DNA of 44,948 bases, filler included, from an uncultured Methanosarcinales archaeon (GTDB lineage: Archaea > Nanobdellota > Nanobdellia > Woesearchaeales > DSVV01), in the NCBI GenBank assembly GCA_964593285.1. It is 8 parts of 8 records of this genome, joined end to end, with 100 filler letters (N's around TTAATTAATTAA, not from the genome) between each part and the next. Parts side by side here need not be neighbours in the genome. Positions count along the whole stretch, not along the records: positions 34,494 to 39,768 come from CAZQHZ010000035.1; positions 39,869 to 42,368 come from CAZQHZ010000037.1; positions 42,469 to 44,948 come from CAZQHZ010000038.1; 5 more parts are not named here. One strand, written 5' to 3'. Made by a program: the position numbers and the translations under genes. Positions 37,801-44,948 of this stretch are shown here, piece by piece. The notes beneath the pieces were generated by a model. It was not told the origin of the DNA and searched no databases. It worked only from the letters and a program-made list of their open reading frames with translations. Numbering within the stretch: position 1 is the stretch's first letter; each line of letters opens with the position of its first letter.

Positions 37801-38273
37801 CTTTATTTTTAGAGCAAAAAGGATTTAATGTATATGGTGTTGATATCTCTAAAGTTGCAATTGATAATTTAAATAAAAAAATAAAGAATAAAACAAATTT
37901 TGTTGTTGGAAATTTTTTAAATGTAAAATATAATAGTAATTTTTTTGATATTTTAGTAGATATTGATTGTTTAAGTTTTTTAGATAAAAATGATTTTGAT
38001 AAATATATAAAAAAAAATTATGATATTTTAAAACCAGGGGGTATTTTAATATTAAGAGTTTTTAGAGAAGATGCAAATTATTCAAAAAGATTTTTTTTAA
38101 GAAAGGGTTTTAGGAAATCTTCATTTGTAAATTATTTTACAAAAACAAAAATTATTAAATTATTTTCAAGATATTTTCAAATAAAATCAATTAAAAACAA
38201 TCTTTTTGTATTTAATTATAGAAAAAACAAAATTTCACCCTCTGTTTTTGAAATAATTATGAAAAAATTTTAA
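34866..38273 (+). CDS. Paralog of 2516-5899: degenerate B12-rSAM + intact rSAM + methyltransferase
   Basis: Collinear over full length; first CxxxCxxC absent; TRGCPNKCSYC and VLDIGCGLGRN retained. Confidence 0.9.
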   Translation: MNKDNIKVTFINPFWNFKKLIVPFNLLNIASFIEYNNFNTSIIDLNYELINFRILNNDLFVNKSIDIIKKEKTEFVCINCEMVDFPFCFKLIPLLKKEIPQLKIILFGDFVYNFYKKLFQVLPIDFIIYDKINLNLLDFLNKYLLNNSFENINDVSGLIYKDINENIKKNNVNKSFIYKNKTFKLPKYNLLKNFNNYIKKNDFEFFISCLNNDYYDNYIKTKYYNYYFNKKENDLKNIKNIINEIIFLKKKYQINNFSFGNFCLTNDLNWFNNLLKSLIPLNISISGFIKINDVNKNILLLMKNAGFKKVYQNINSGSLRLRQILNNDFFDDLTNEEIFKKINYQIKLNLIPICIFNVGIFSEEKEEFNKTIKFAKKLNLVGAKIKLKIQNIHPKIISNKYFLGRYVFIYKWNLFSQSNFFDLEQRMFFSKILCQIDIFNLDNYIFKSILSIEEFINLYKCALTELNLIKKEDYLLIKPPIEEIFSESYINKNDLNQENCAFFNHASQPYGLLKISSYLKYHGKNVSFINCSSEGPNFKKNSIYNVKFKNHIKTGDGKLKKSIFHCGLDYFNFKKILLKIKNPPNIIFITSTMTYHFRPVHKIIEICKKIFPNSLIIVGGIYASISPEHLLKTNVDFVFCGQFMDAENFNSDLDILDYKPDYAIIKSTRGCPNKCSYCAVHMIEGNKMFFRNYKDTFNEIKQKYDKGIKSFVFWESNLLINFKNHFGKILDLIIKYNLKVDLLAPEGLQPNLINYSLAKKMKKAGFNKISLPLETSDKKLELKLNRPSKLNFFKNAIEIFNNVGIKRYNIGCFILIGLPNQDIDDVINSLIIVWESGAFVRIMPFTPIPNTKEYIDNYDFLKNKEYHKLSPNLYPFSNKFFSSYDIEILSKFHGIFEPIFFYLSICTKSDIDYKIISKIKNSKKIWDNFYSNFKYFYWSNDIVDTIIIDFIKNINNNLNKKIYNNLNVLDIGCGLGRNSLFLEQKGFNVYGVDISKVAIDNLNKKIKNKTNFVVGNFLNVKYNSNFFDILVDIDCLSFLDKNDFDKYIKKNYDILKPGGILILRVFREDANYSKRFFLRKGFRKSSFVNYFTKTKIIKLFSRYFQIKSIKNNLFVFNYRKNKISPSVFEIIMKKF

Positions 38274-38304
38274 CCAAATTTATGTTAGCTAAAATTATTT
38301 TTTT

Positions 38305-38589
38305 ATGATTAAAAGAGCAAATCATTGTGCATTTGATATCCATTATCACTTAATTATTGTAATGAAATTTCGAAAAAAAATTCTAATAAAACAAAATTTT
38401 ATTGTACGTTTGTTTGATATTATTAAAGGTGTAGAAAAAAGATATAGGTATGAAATCAAAAAAATAGTACTAATAATGATCATGTCCATATTTTTTTCAG
38501 TGCTTTTCCAAGAGATTCACCATATAAAATAATGAATATTATTAAGAGCATAACTGCTAAAGAGATATTTAAAAGTTTTTCTGAAATAA
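38305..38589 (+). pseudogene. tnpA: IS200/IS605 TnpA (Y1 transposase) remnant, frameshifted and truncated
   Basis: HCAFDIHYHLIIVMKFRKK; after a frameshift NDHVHIFF..P..SP..IMNIIKSITAKEIFK; catalytic-Tyr region missing. Confidence 0.85.
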
Positions 38590-39640
38590 CCCAAGTTTGA
38601 TAGTTAAAAATTAAAAAGTGTTCTTAGTTTGTAAGTTCTAACATAAAACAAACAAACCCAAGAACAATAGATATAAAGAAGAACTTAAATATATTTTTTT
38701 CAGTTGGAATTGCCTTTGCAGTTGAAAAACTTCATTTTTCAGATATTTTTAGCAAATTTAAGGAAAAAAAGATTTCTTTAACTAATTTAAATAACGCTTT
38801 AATTTCTTATAAGTTAATTGATAATTTAAGTCTAACGAGAGGTAGTGATTGAATTAATAGAACTGAAGTTCTTGAAACATTTAATTTAAAGTCTTTTGAA
38901 CAAAAGACTTTGTATAGTACAATTAAAATAATTGATGAAAGATATCAGGAAGTAATTCTTGTTTTAGAAGATAGCTTATTCAATCAATATAATTTTGAAC
39001 CTGGATTAGCCTTATACTTTTTGGGATAAGGCGAAAATTGGAGAATATGTTTGTAGTAGAAATCATAGACCCGATAAAAAACAGATTACTTTTGGAATAA
39101 CTGAACTTTGAAAACCAATCAATATTCAAATTGATTTAACAATTGGAGAAGGTAATGTTAATGATCAAACTCATTTTCAAACAACATTTAATCAAATAAA
39201 ATATGTTTGAAAAGAAATTCTAAAATTATTTTTGATAAGAGAGGAAATTCTAAAGAGAATCTTAATTCAGCAATTGTATCAAATATACAATTTCTAACTG
39301 CTAAGAAATTGAATACAAGTGATAATAAAATCATCAAATCTTTTTGGAGAAAAAACCCAATTTTAGTTGATTCAGAAAATGAAGTTTATGGTATAAGAAT
39401 ACATTTCCCTAGTCGGATAAATTATTTTTTCTTTTCGAGAAAATTAAAGCAAGAAAATATAGACTCTGCTTTAAGAAAAGCAGAAAGACAGCTTAAAGAA
39501 GCAAAAGAAATAGAATCGGCAAAAGAAAAAGATAGAACATTACCCAAACGATTCAGACTTAATAATATTTTAGTTGATGCAACAATTAAATATTAGACAA
39601 AGCTTAAAAGTTTATCTGAATTTGAAACTTTTAAAATGGT
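38590..39640 (+). mobile_element. Decayed IS1634-family element (DDE transposase pseudogene)
   Basis: Fragments LISYKLIDNLSLTRGSD*INR, SRNHRPDKKQITFG, GNVNDQTHF, IIFDKRGN, FLTAKKLNTSD; starts with IR-like CCCAAGTTTGATAG; right end not found, end coordinate approximate. Confidence 0.8.
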
Positions 39641-39768
39641 AAAAAAATTTGGAGGCAAATGTGAATTATCTAAAATTGTAAAATAATTTATATGCAAAGC
39701 CTACATTTTGGGGTAATATAAAATCCTAATTATTCTCAAACAAATTAATAAAGATTTATGTTGGCTTC

Positions 39769-39868
39769 NNNNNNNNNNNNNNNNNNNNNNNNNNNNNNNN
39801 NNNNNNNNNNNNTTAATTAATTAANNNNNNNNNNNNNNNNNNNNNNNNNNNNNNNNNNNNNNNNNNNN
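39769..39868. other. Artificial contig linker
   Basis: N-TTAATTAATTAA-N. Confidence 0.98.
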
Positions 39869-39889
39869 AATTTTTATCATAAAATAGAA

Positions 39890-40072
39890 ATGTTAGCTAA
39901 AAATAAAAAGATAAAAGATTCACTTATTTATGAAGCTAAAGGTGTTATTGGTTTAAAATATAGGGATAATATAAATCAAATCAATAGTTTTTTAAGGAAT
40001 AGTTTTAATAATCATATAATATATCTTCATAAAAAAAGAATAAAAGAGTTGATTAATTATGCGAATAGATGA
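39890..40072 (+). CDS. Short or partial hypothetical ORF at contig start
   Basis: Stop overlaps the creatininase start by 14 nt, suggesting an operon; no motif. Confidence 0.4.
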   Translation: MLAKNKKIKDSLIYEAKGVIGLKYRDNINQINSFLRNSFNNHIIYLHKKRIKELINYANR

Positions 40073-40757
40073 AATGACTTCTCCTGAAGTAAAAAAATTA
40101 TTTTCAAAAGGAATTGCTTTGATTCCTATTGGAGCAACCGAGCAACATGGACCTCATCTTCCAATGGGTACAGATACATTTTATGCAGAATATATTACTA
40201 ATAAAATTGGAAAAGAATTAAAATTACCAGTATTACCTTCTGTAAGTTTTTCTGTTTCTGGATATAACTTCCCTTATCCTACAATTACAATAGAACCTGA
40301 AACGATTACAAAATACCTAAATGATATATGTAAAAGTTTAAAATTTCATGATGTTGATAAAATATTTTTTATAGTAGGACATGGTGGAGAGAATTGTGCT
40401 GCACTTGAAACTGCTGCTTACATTATAGCACGAGACAATGATGTGAAAATTAAAATTTTTTATCCATGGCAGTTTTTACCCAAAGAACTCTATAAAAAGA
40501 TGGATGATGATTGGCATGCAGGATTTATTGAAACTTCAGAGATGCTTTATTTAAAACCAAAATTAGTTAAAAAAAAACATATTAGAAAAAGTTCAGTACC
40601 CGATTATATGAAGTTTATTATAGATTATAAAAAGACAAAAGAAGATCAAAGACAAGGAGTTTTTGGTGACCCATCTAATGCGAATAGTAATATTGGAAAA
40701 AATAATTTTAAGATAATTATTGAAAGTATGATTAAAGAAATTAAAAAATTAATATAA
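40059..40757 (+). CDS. Creatininase / creatinine amidohydrolase family protein
   Basis: IPIGATEQHGPHLPMGTD, GHGG, HAGFIETS, GVFGDP. Confidence 0.93.
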   Translation: MRIDEMTSPEVKKLFSKGIALIPIGATEQHGPHLPMGTDTFYAEYITNKIGKELKLPVLPSVSFSVSGYNFPYPTITIEPETITKYLNDICKSLKFHDVDKIFFIVGHGGENCAALETAAYIIARDNDVKIKIFYPWQFLPKELYKKMDDDWHAGFIETSEMLYLKPKLVKKKHIRKSSVPDYMKFIIDYKKTKEDQRQGVFGDPSNANSNIGKNNFKIIIESMIKEIKKLI

Positions 40758-40948
40758 TATATAGTTAATACGTCTTTTCAAATGCATTTTAGGAAAATTA
40801 AATATTAAGTGTTTTGCTTTTAATAAATGAGAATTTACTAAATCATAATTTGGTCTTGATTTTTTTTATTTTATTATTAATAAAAAAATAATTTAATTGA
40901 TCTTTTAAATAATTATTATCTTTAAACAATTTGTTTAAATTCATTAAT

Positions 40949-41430
40949 TTAAACCTCATAAAAATTTTGCTCTTTGTATAGTGAAAAACCCGATTTTTTG
41001 GCTTTAATAATTAATGAATCTTTTACATCAATAAATTCATTAATTGAACATTTAAATATAGATAAGGGATAATTTGATTCATTATTAATTTTGTCTTTTA
41101 ATTTTTGAAAATTTTTCGGTTTATTTAATAAAATTAAAATATCAATACCGTTGTTTTTTGTTTTTTAGATGTAAAACCAAATAAAACAATTGTAAAAATA
41201 TCGTTTGGCATTTTTTTAAAAATTGATTAATAGAATTTTTATTTCTATATTTAAATTTGAAAATTTATTATATGCAATTTTTGAAAATTCAAAATTAAAA
41301 TATTTTTTATCTTTAATTATATAAAAAACATTTGACTTGGTTTTTTCAATTTTTAAAATAATTTTTTATTAATTTAGTTAATGCATTTTGAAAAGAACTA
41401 TTTGATAATTTGGTATATTCTTTTAATTGG
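40949..41430 (-). pseudogene. Decayed HTH + minimal nucleotidyltransferase gene
   Basis: Minus-strand fragments DIFTIVLFGFTS.., GIDILIL, YPLSIFKCSINEF, AKKSGFSLYKEQNFYEV*; frameshifted; 5' limit approximate. Confidence 0.5.
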
Positions 41431-41528
41431 TTAAAATATAAAGTATTTGTATTTGATTTAATATAAAATTTAGAACAATTCTATTAAAACCAATATATTT
41501 TTATTGTAAGTATTATTATCTTTATTTT

Positions 41529-41780
41529 ATGAAAGCAAAAAAATTAACTTTAGATGTTTATAAAATTATCAAAGATAATTGGCCAATACATCCATCTAGT
41601 GTTTGTAGAAAATTAAATTTAGAAGTTAGTGTTTCAAATATTTCTAAAATTAAATATCATTTTAATATTTTAGAAAAACAAGGTAAAATTAGAACTAAAA
41701 AAATTGATAGAGCGCTTGTTTCCTGGCCTAATGATATTGAAAAATTAAGAGTTATGCATGAATTTATGCGTGAAGATTGA
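41529..41780 (+). CDS. Small winged-helix DNA-binding protein
   Basis: VYKIIKDNWPIHPSSVCRKL...IKYHFNILEKQGKIRTKKIDR. Confidence 0.75.
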   Translation: MKAKKLTLDVYKIIKDNWPIHPSSVCRKLNLEVSVSNISKIKYHFNILEKQGKIRTKKIDRALVSWPNDIEKLRVMHEFMRED

Positions 41781-41871
41781 TTTTTTTAACATGTTGTGAA
41801 TTTTTTGTTATTTTTTTCTTAATATGTTGTGAAAAAAAGAGTAATATTTAAATATATATAATTCTAAAATT

Positions 41872-42330
41872 ATGATTATGCTGTCATCGTTTTTAAAGAG
41901 ACTATTACTTGCAAGGCAATTTTCAATGCAAAATGGCAGAATAAATATACTTGGAGCAGAAAAAATAATGTTACCACAAACACTTATATTAAAACTTGAA
42001 GAAAATGATAAATATTTTAATTTAGTAAAAGAGAGCATCATTGAACAATTAAGTATTTATTCAAAAAATCTTGGTACAAATGAAAAAGGTATATTAAATG
42101 TTTGTGAAGAAATTTTTGAAAGTTTTGGCGTTGGTGTTTTAAATGTTATTTCTCATGAAGAAAATGAAACTATATTAATTATAAAAAATCCAATTTCATT
42201 AAAGCTTGAAGAGAATAAAACTGCTTTTGCAATTGTTGAAGGTTTGTTTTCTTTTATTTATGATAGTTGTGTTAAATCAAAATATGAGATAAAAAAAAAT
42301 GAAATTATTGTTAAAATAAAACGAGGTTGA
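41872..42330 (+). CDS. V4R-like small-ligand-binding domain protein
   Basis: LLLARQFSMQNGRINILG, IFESFGVGVL, IIKNP, VEGLFS. Confidence 0.55.
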   Translation: MIMLSSFLKRLLLARQFSMQNGRINILGAEKIMLPQTLILKLEENDKYFNLVKESIIEQLSIYSKNLGTNEKGILNVCEEIFESFGVGVLNVISHEENETILIIKNPISLKLEENKTAFAIVEGLFSFIYDSCVKSKYEIKKNEIIVKIKRG

Positions 42331-42368
42331 TTTAAATGTTTGGTATGAATAAAAAAAATAAAAATATT

Positions 42369-42468
42369 NNNNNNNNNNNNNNNNNNNNNNNNNNNNNNNN
42401 NNNNNNNNNNNNTTAATTAATTAANNNNNNNNNNNNNNNNNNNNNNNNNNNNNNNNNNNNNNNNNNNN
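42369..42468. other. Artificial contig linker
   Basis: N-TTAATTAATTAA-N. Confidence 0.98.
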
Positions 42469-43035
42469 TAATAAATTTAAAATTATTCCTGCAAATAAAG
42501 GTACAAATAAATTATCATTGACTATCCCTAGATAATCTTTTTTAAAAAAGGATTCAAAAATCATACTAAAAAATGATGCAATAAAAGCATATAATGGTAA
42601 GACAAAAAAACTAGCACCAATATAACCACCAATTATTCCTGCAATTGTACCTTGAATGCTTTTATCTTTATTAAATGGGTGTTTTATTTTTCCAAATTCT
42701 TTTCCAATAATTGTTGCAAAAGAATCACCAAGGGATAAAATCATAATTGATGCTGAAACAATTTGTGGTTTATCATAAAATACTAACCATACAATTAAAA
42801 TTCCTAAAAAAAAGCTTAATAATCCAAAATCAACATAATCTTTATCTCTATTTAATTTTTTAAAAAAATAATTTAAATGTGAAATTCGTATATTAATAAA
42901 TAAAACATAAAAAGCATATATTACTAAAACTATTATTGCAAATTGCCAAATCTTAATTAAATTAAAATGAATTAACATTGCAATTTTAGCTGATGCAAAA
43001 ATATGTAAAAATTTTCGAATTAATTCATAGTTCAT
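42469..43035 (-). CDS. SEC59/DGK1/VTE5-family polyprenol (dolichol/phytol) kinase (reaches contig edge)
   Basis: ELIRKFLH, LSLGDSFATIIG, KSIQG, NDNLFVP. Confidence 0.85.
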
Positions 43036-43037
43036 AA

Positions 43038-43613
43038 TTAAACACCAAATAAATTATTCTTTTTTGTTATATAAAATACTAAAAAACCAATAACATAACC
43101 AATTATCATCCCAGCTAAAATGTCTGATAAATAATTTTGAATTAAAATAATTTTACTAATTCCAATAATTATTCCAAAAATTAGCCAAAAGAATAATAAC
43201 TTTTTTGAAACATTTTGAAAAAAACCAACTAAACTAAAACAAATTGCAACAAAAATACAAGGAAAAGAATATTTTGTTATTGAAAATAAAATATTTAAAT
43301 TTTCAAGGGGTGAATCTCTTGCAACAATTAAATTAATAAATATTATTGAAAAGAAAGTAACAATAAAAGTGATAAAAGAAGGAATTATAAATTCTTTTTT
43401 TTTAATATTCCACAAATAAAGTAAACCAAATAAAAAACAAATAATGATTAAAAAAAAACTAAAATTACTCCAAGAAAACAAATAATTTAAAACAAAATTA
43501 TTACTATTTTCAATATATTCTATTAAATTTTTATCAAAGAGAAAAGAAATAAACATAAAAATAATAGTAATAAGGAATGAAATGATTGTAATAAATTTTT
43601 GGTTTAATTTCAT
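43038..43613 (-). CDS. PAP2-fold membrane protein with degenerate active site
   Basis: IVARDSP, YSFPCIF, ISKIILIQNYLSDILAG match PAP2 motif positions. Confidence 0.7.
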   Translation of the reverse strand: MKLNQKFITIISFLITIIFMFISFLFDKNLIEYIENSNNFVLNYLFSWSNFSFFLIIICFLFGLLYLWNIKKKEFIIPSFITFIVTFFSIIFINLIVARDSPLENLNILFSITKYSFPCIFVAICFSLVGFFQNVSKKLLFFWLIFGIIIGISKIILIQNYLSDILAGMIIGYVIGFLVFYITKKNNLFGV

Positions 43614-43619
43614 TTTTTA

Positions 43620-44900
43620 TTATATTTTAATATATTCAATGTTTTTTATTTTTTTAGTTATTGTTTCATTATTTATAAAATCATTTATTAAATTATCTAC
43701 ATTAAAATATTTTTTTTTAACAATTGCATATATTTTATTATTCTTTATAAATGTATTTTTATGTTTTTCTTTAAATAATAAACAATGTTTTTTTGATTTA
43801 ACAGGAGGTCCTGGCCATATTTTTTCTTTATTAATAATTGCTTTTTTTACGAAAATATAAATTATTGCACTATTTTTTAAATTCCATTCAAAATCACTTT
43901 TATCTATTTCAAAATCATTAATTAAAAGAGTATTTATCAATTTATTGTAAATTTTTAAAATAATGCTTCCTGTAATGTCTTTTTTATTTTTAAATAAATA
44001 AAGTTTTAAAATTATTTTTTTGCCATCATATTTTATTTTTTTTATACTATCTATTGTAATTTTTGATTTAATAAAATATTTAATTTTAGGTTTTTTTAAA
44101 AAAGTGAGTGCATTTTTTTTAAAATGTTCAACTTTTTCAAAAGATAGTGCAGATGCTGCATTTCTATTTGGTTGCACAGGGTCAATTACAATAATTGAAT
44201 TTATTTTTGATTTATTTATTTTTTTTGCAGTTTTAAAATTTTCAACATCGATAATTTCATGTTTTTTCCATTTTAGAGAATTTATCAACAAATTTTCAAA
44301 ATTTTTGTATTTTACTAATAATATTTCAATTAAATGTCCTGAAAATCCAGCAATATAACTTTCAGCACCATAGACTCTTATTGTTTTACAAAATTGTTTT
44401 GTAATTATAATTTCTTTAATTAAGTTTGAATCTTTTTTAATTTTAGATTTTATCCATTTTACATGTAAGGGTGAAAAATCAGTAACGTTTTGTGCATCTT
44501 TTTTAGAATCAATTTTTAACACAGGAATAAATTCAAATTCAATATCATCTATTTTTGCATTAAAATAATCTCTTGAACCATGAACCCTTGTTATATTTTT
44601 AAATATTGATAATATTTTTTCTGTTAAATTTGAAAGATTTTCATTTTTATATTTTTTATTAAATCTTATAAAAATATCACAATCATAATTATTTTTTAAA
44701 ATTGTCTCTTTAGCAACACTGCCACCAATTATCACATCAGCTAAAAGTTTATTTTTTTTAATAGAATTAGTTATTTTTTTAACAACTTTATTTATTTTTG
44801 CTAATATTTGTTTGTATTCTGTTTTAGTTAGTTGATTTTTTTTAATAATTTTTTTTTTAATTTCATCAATTTTTTTTTTAGTTTCAAAATTTAATTCCAT
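43620..44900 (-). CDS. cca: Archaeal class I CCA-adding enzyme
   Basis: GGSVAKET...YDCDIF, HGSRDY, NVTDFSPLH, YGAESYIAGFSG, IDPVQPNRNAA, GPP. Confidence 0.95.
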   Translation of the reverse strand: MELNFETKKKIDEIKKKIIKKNQLTKTEYKQILAKINKVVKKITNSIKKNKLLADVIIGGSVAKETILKNNYDCDIFIRFNKKYKNENLSNLTEKILSIFKNITRVHGSRDYFNAKIDDIEFEFIPVLKIDSKKDAQNVTDFSPLHVKWIKSKIKKDSNLIKEIIITKQFCKTIRVYGAESYIAGFSGHLIEILLVKYKNFENLLINSLKWKKHEIIDVENFKTAKKINKSKINSIIVIDPVQPNRNAASALSFEKVEHFKKNALTFLKKPKIKYFIKSKITIDSIKKIKYDGKKIILKLYLFKNKKDITGSIILKIYNKLINTLLINDFEIDKSDFEWNLKNSAIIYIFVKKAIINKEKIWPGPPVKSKKHCLLFKEKHKNTFIKNNKIYAIVKKKYFNVDNLINDFINNETITKKIKNIEYIKI

Positions 44901-44948
44901 TATTTTTAAAATTACTCTTTCTTGTATAAATGTTTTTCGAATATAAAA

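Noticed and set aside
39207..39596. 129-aa ORF as an independent gene
   Set aside because: Internal fragment of the decayed IS1634 transposase
8344..42468. Recurrent TTAATTAATTAA palindrome flanked by Ns
   Set aside because: Artificial contig linker; contigs are sorted by size, so cross-linker neighbourhoods and ORFs running into X are not biological
4449..44358. Short overlapping ORFs (e.g. 4449-4640, 6089-6388, 16763-16966, 19325-19630, 27263-27508, 29520-30263, 33632-33820, 37516-37704, 43582-43860, 44020-44358)
   Set aside because: Antisense or off-frame shadows of well-supported genes with no motifs
1..44948. Alternative genetic code (TGA readthrough) given the very low GC
   Set aside because: Conserved genes are full length in code 11, TGG encodes Trp and aIF2alpha ends properly at TGA

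Overview
Very AT-rich archaeal DNA (about 20% GC by eye, standard genetic code). It looks like a DPANN/Woesearchaeota-type genome bin, judged from Kae1, AglB, S27e-aIF2alpha-Nop10, class I CCA-adding enzyme, HIAQ-type TyrRS, TATA/BRE promoters and a CCA-less tRNA-Ile. The window is not one locus. It is 8 contigs in descending size order, joined by artificial N-TTAATTAATTAA-N linkers, plus one 100-N scaffold gap, so adjacency across linkers means nothing. The highlight is contig 1 (1-8343), a His-Xaa-Ser (Hxs)-type RiPP-like cluster. One operon is hxsD, a small hxsD-like gene, hxsB and a 122-aa precursor with a signal-like leader and His-Xaa-Asn/Ser triplets. It converges on an operon of unusual multi-domain radical SAM enzymes: a tandem rSAM-rSAM/SPASM, an HxsC-like rSAM, and a B12-rSAM/B12-rSAM/methyltransferase fusion. 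That makes six rSAM domains in 8 kb. Contig 6 carries a second copy of the end of this tailoring operon, with one rSAM domain inactivated, next to nested IS200/IS1634 remnants. The rest is mostly housekeeping, with several apparently horizontally acquired or degenerate enzymes. Family assignments come from motif recognition only; no database searches were run.
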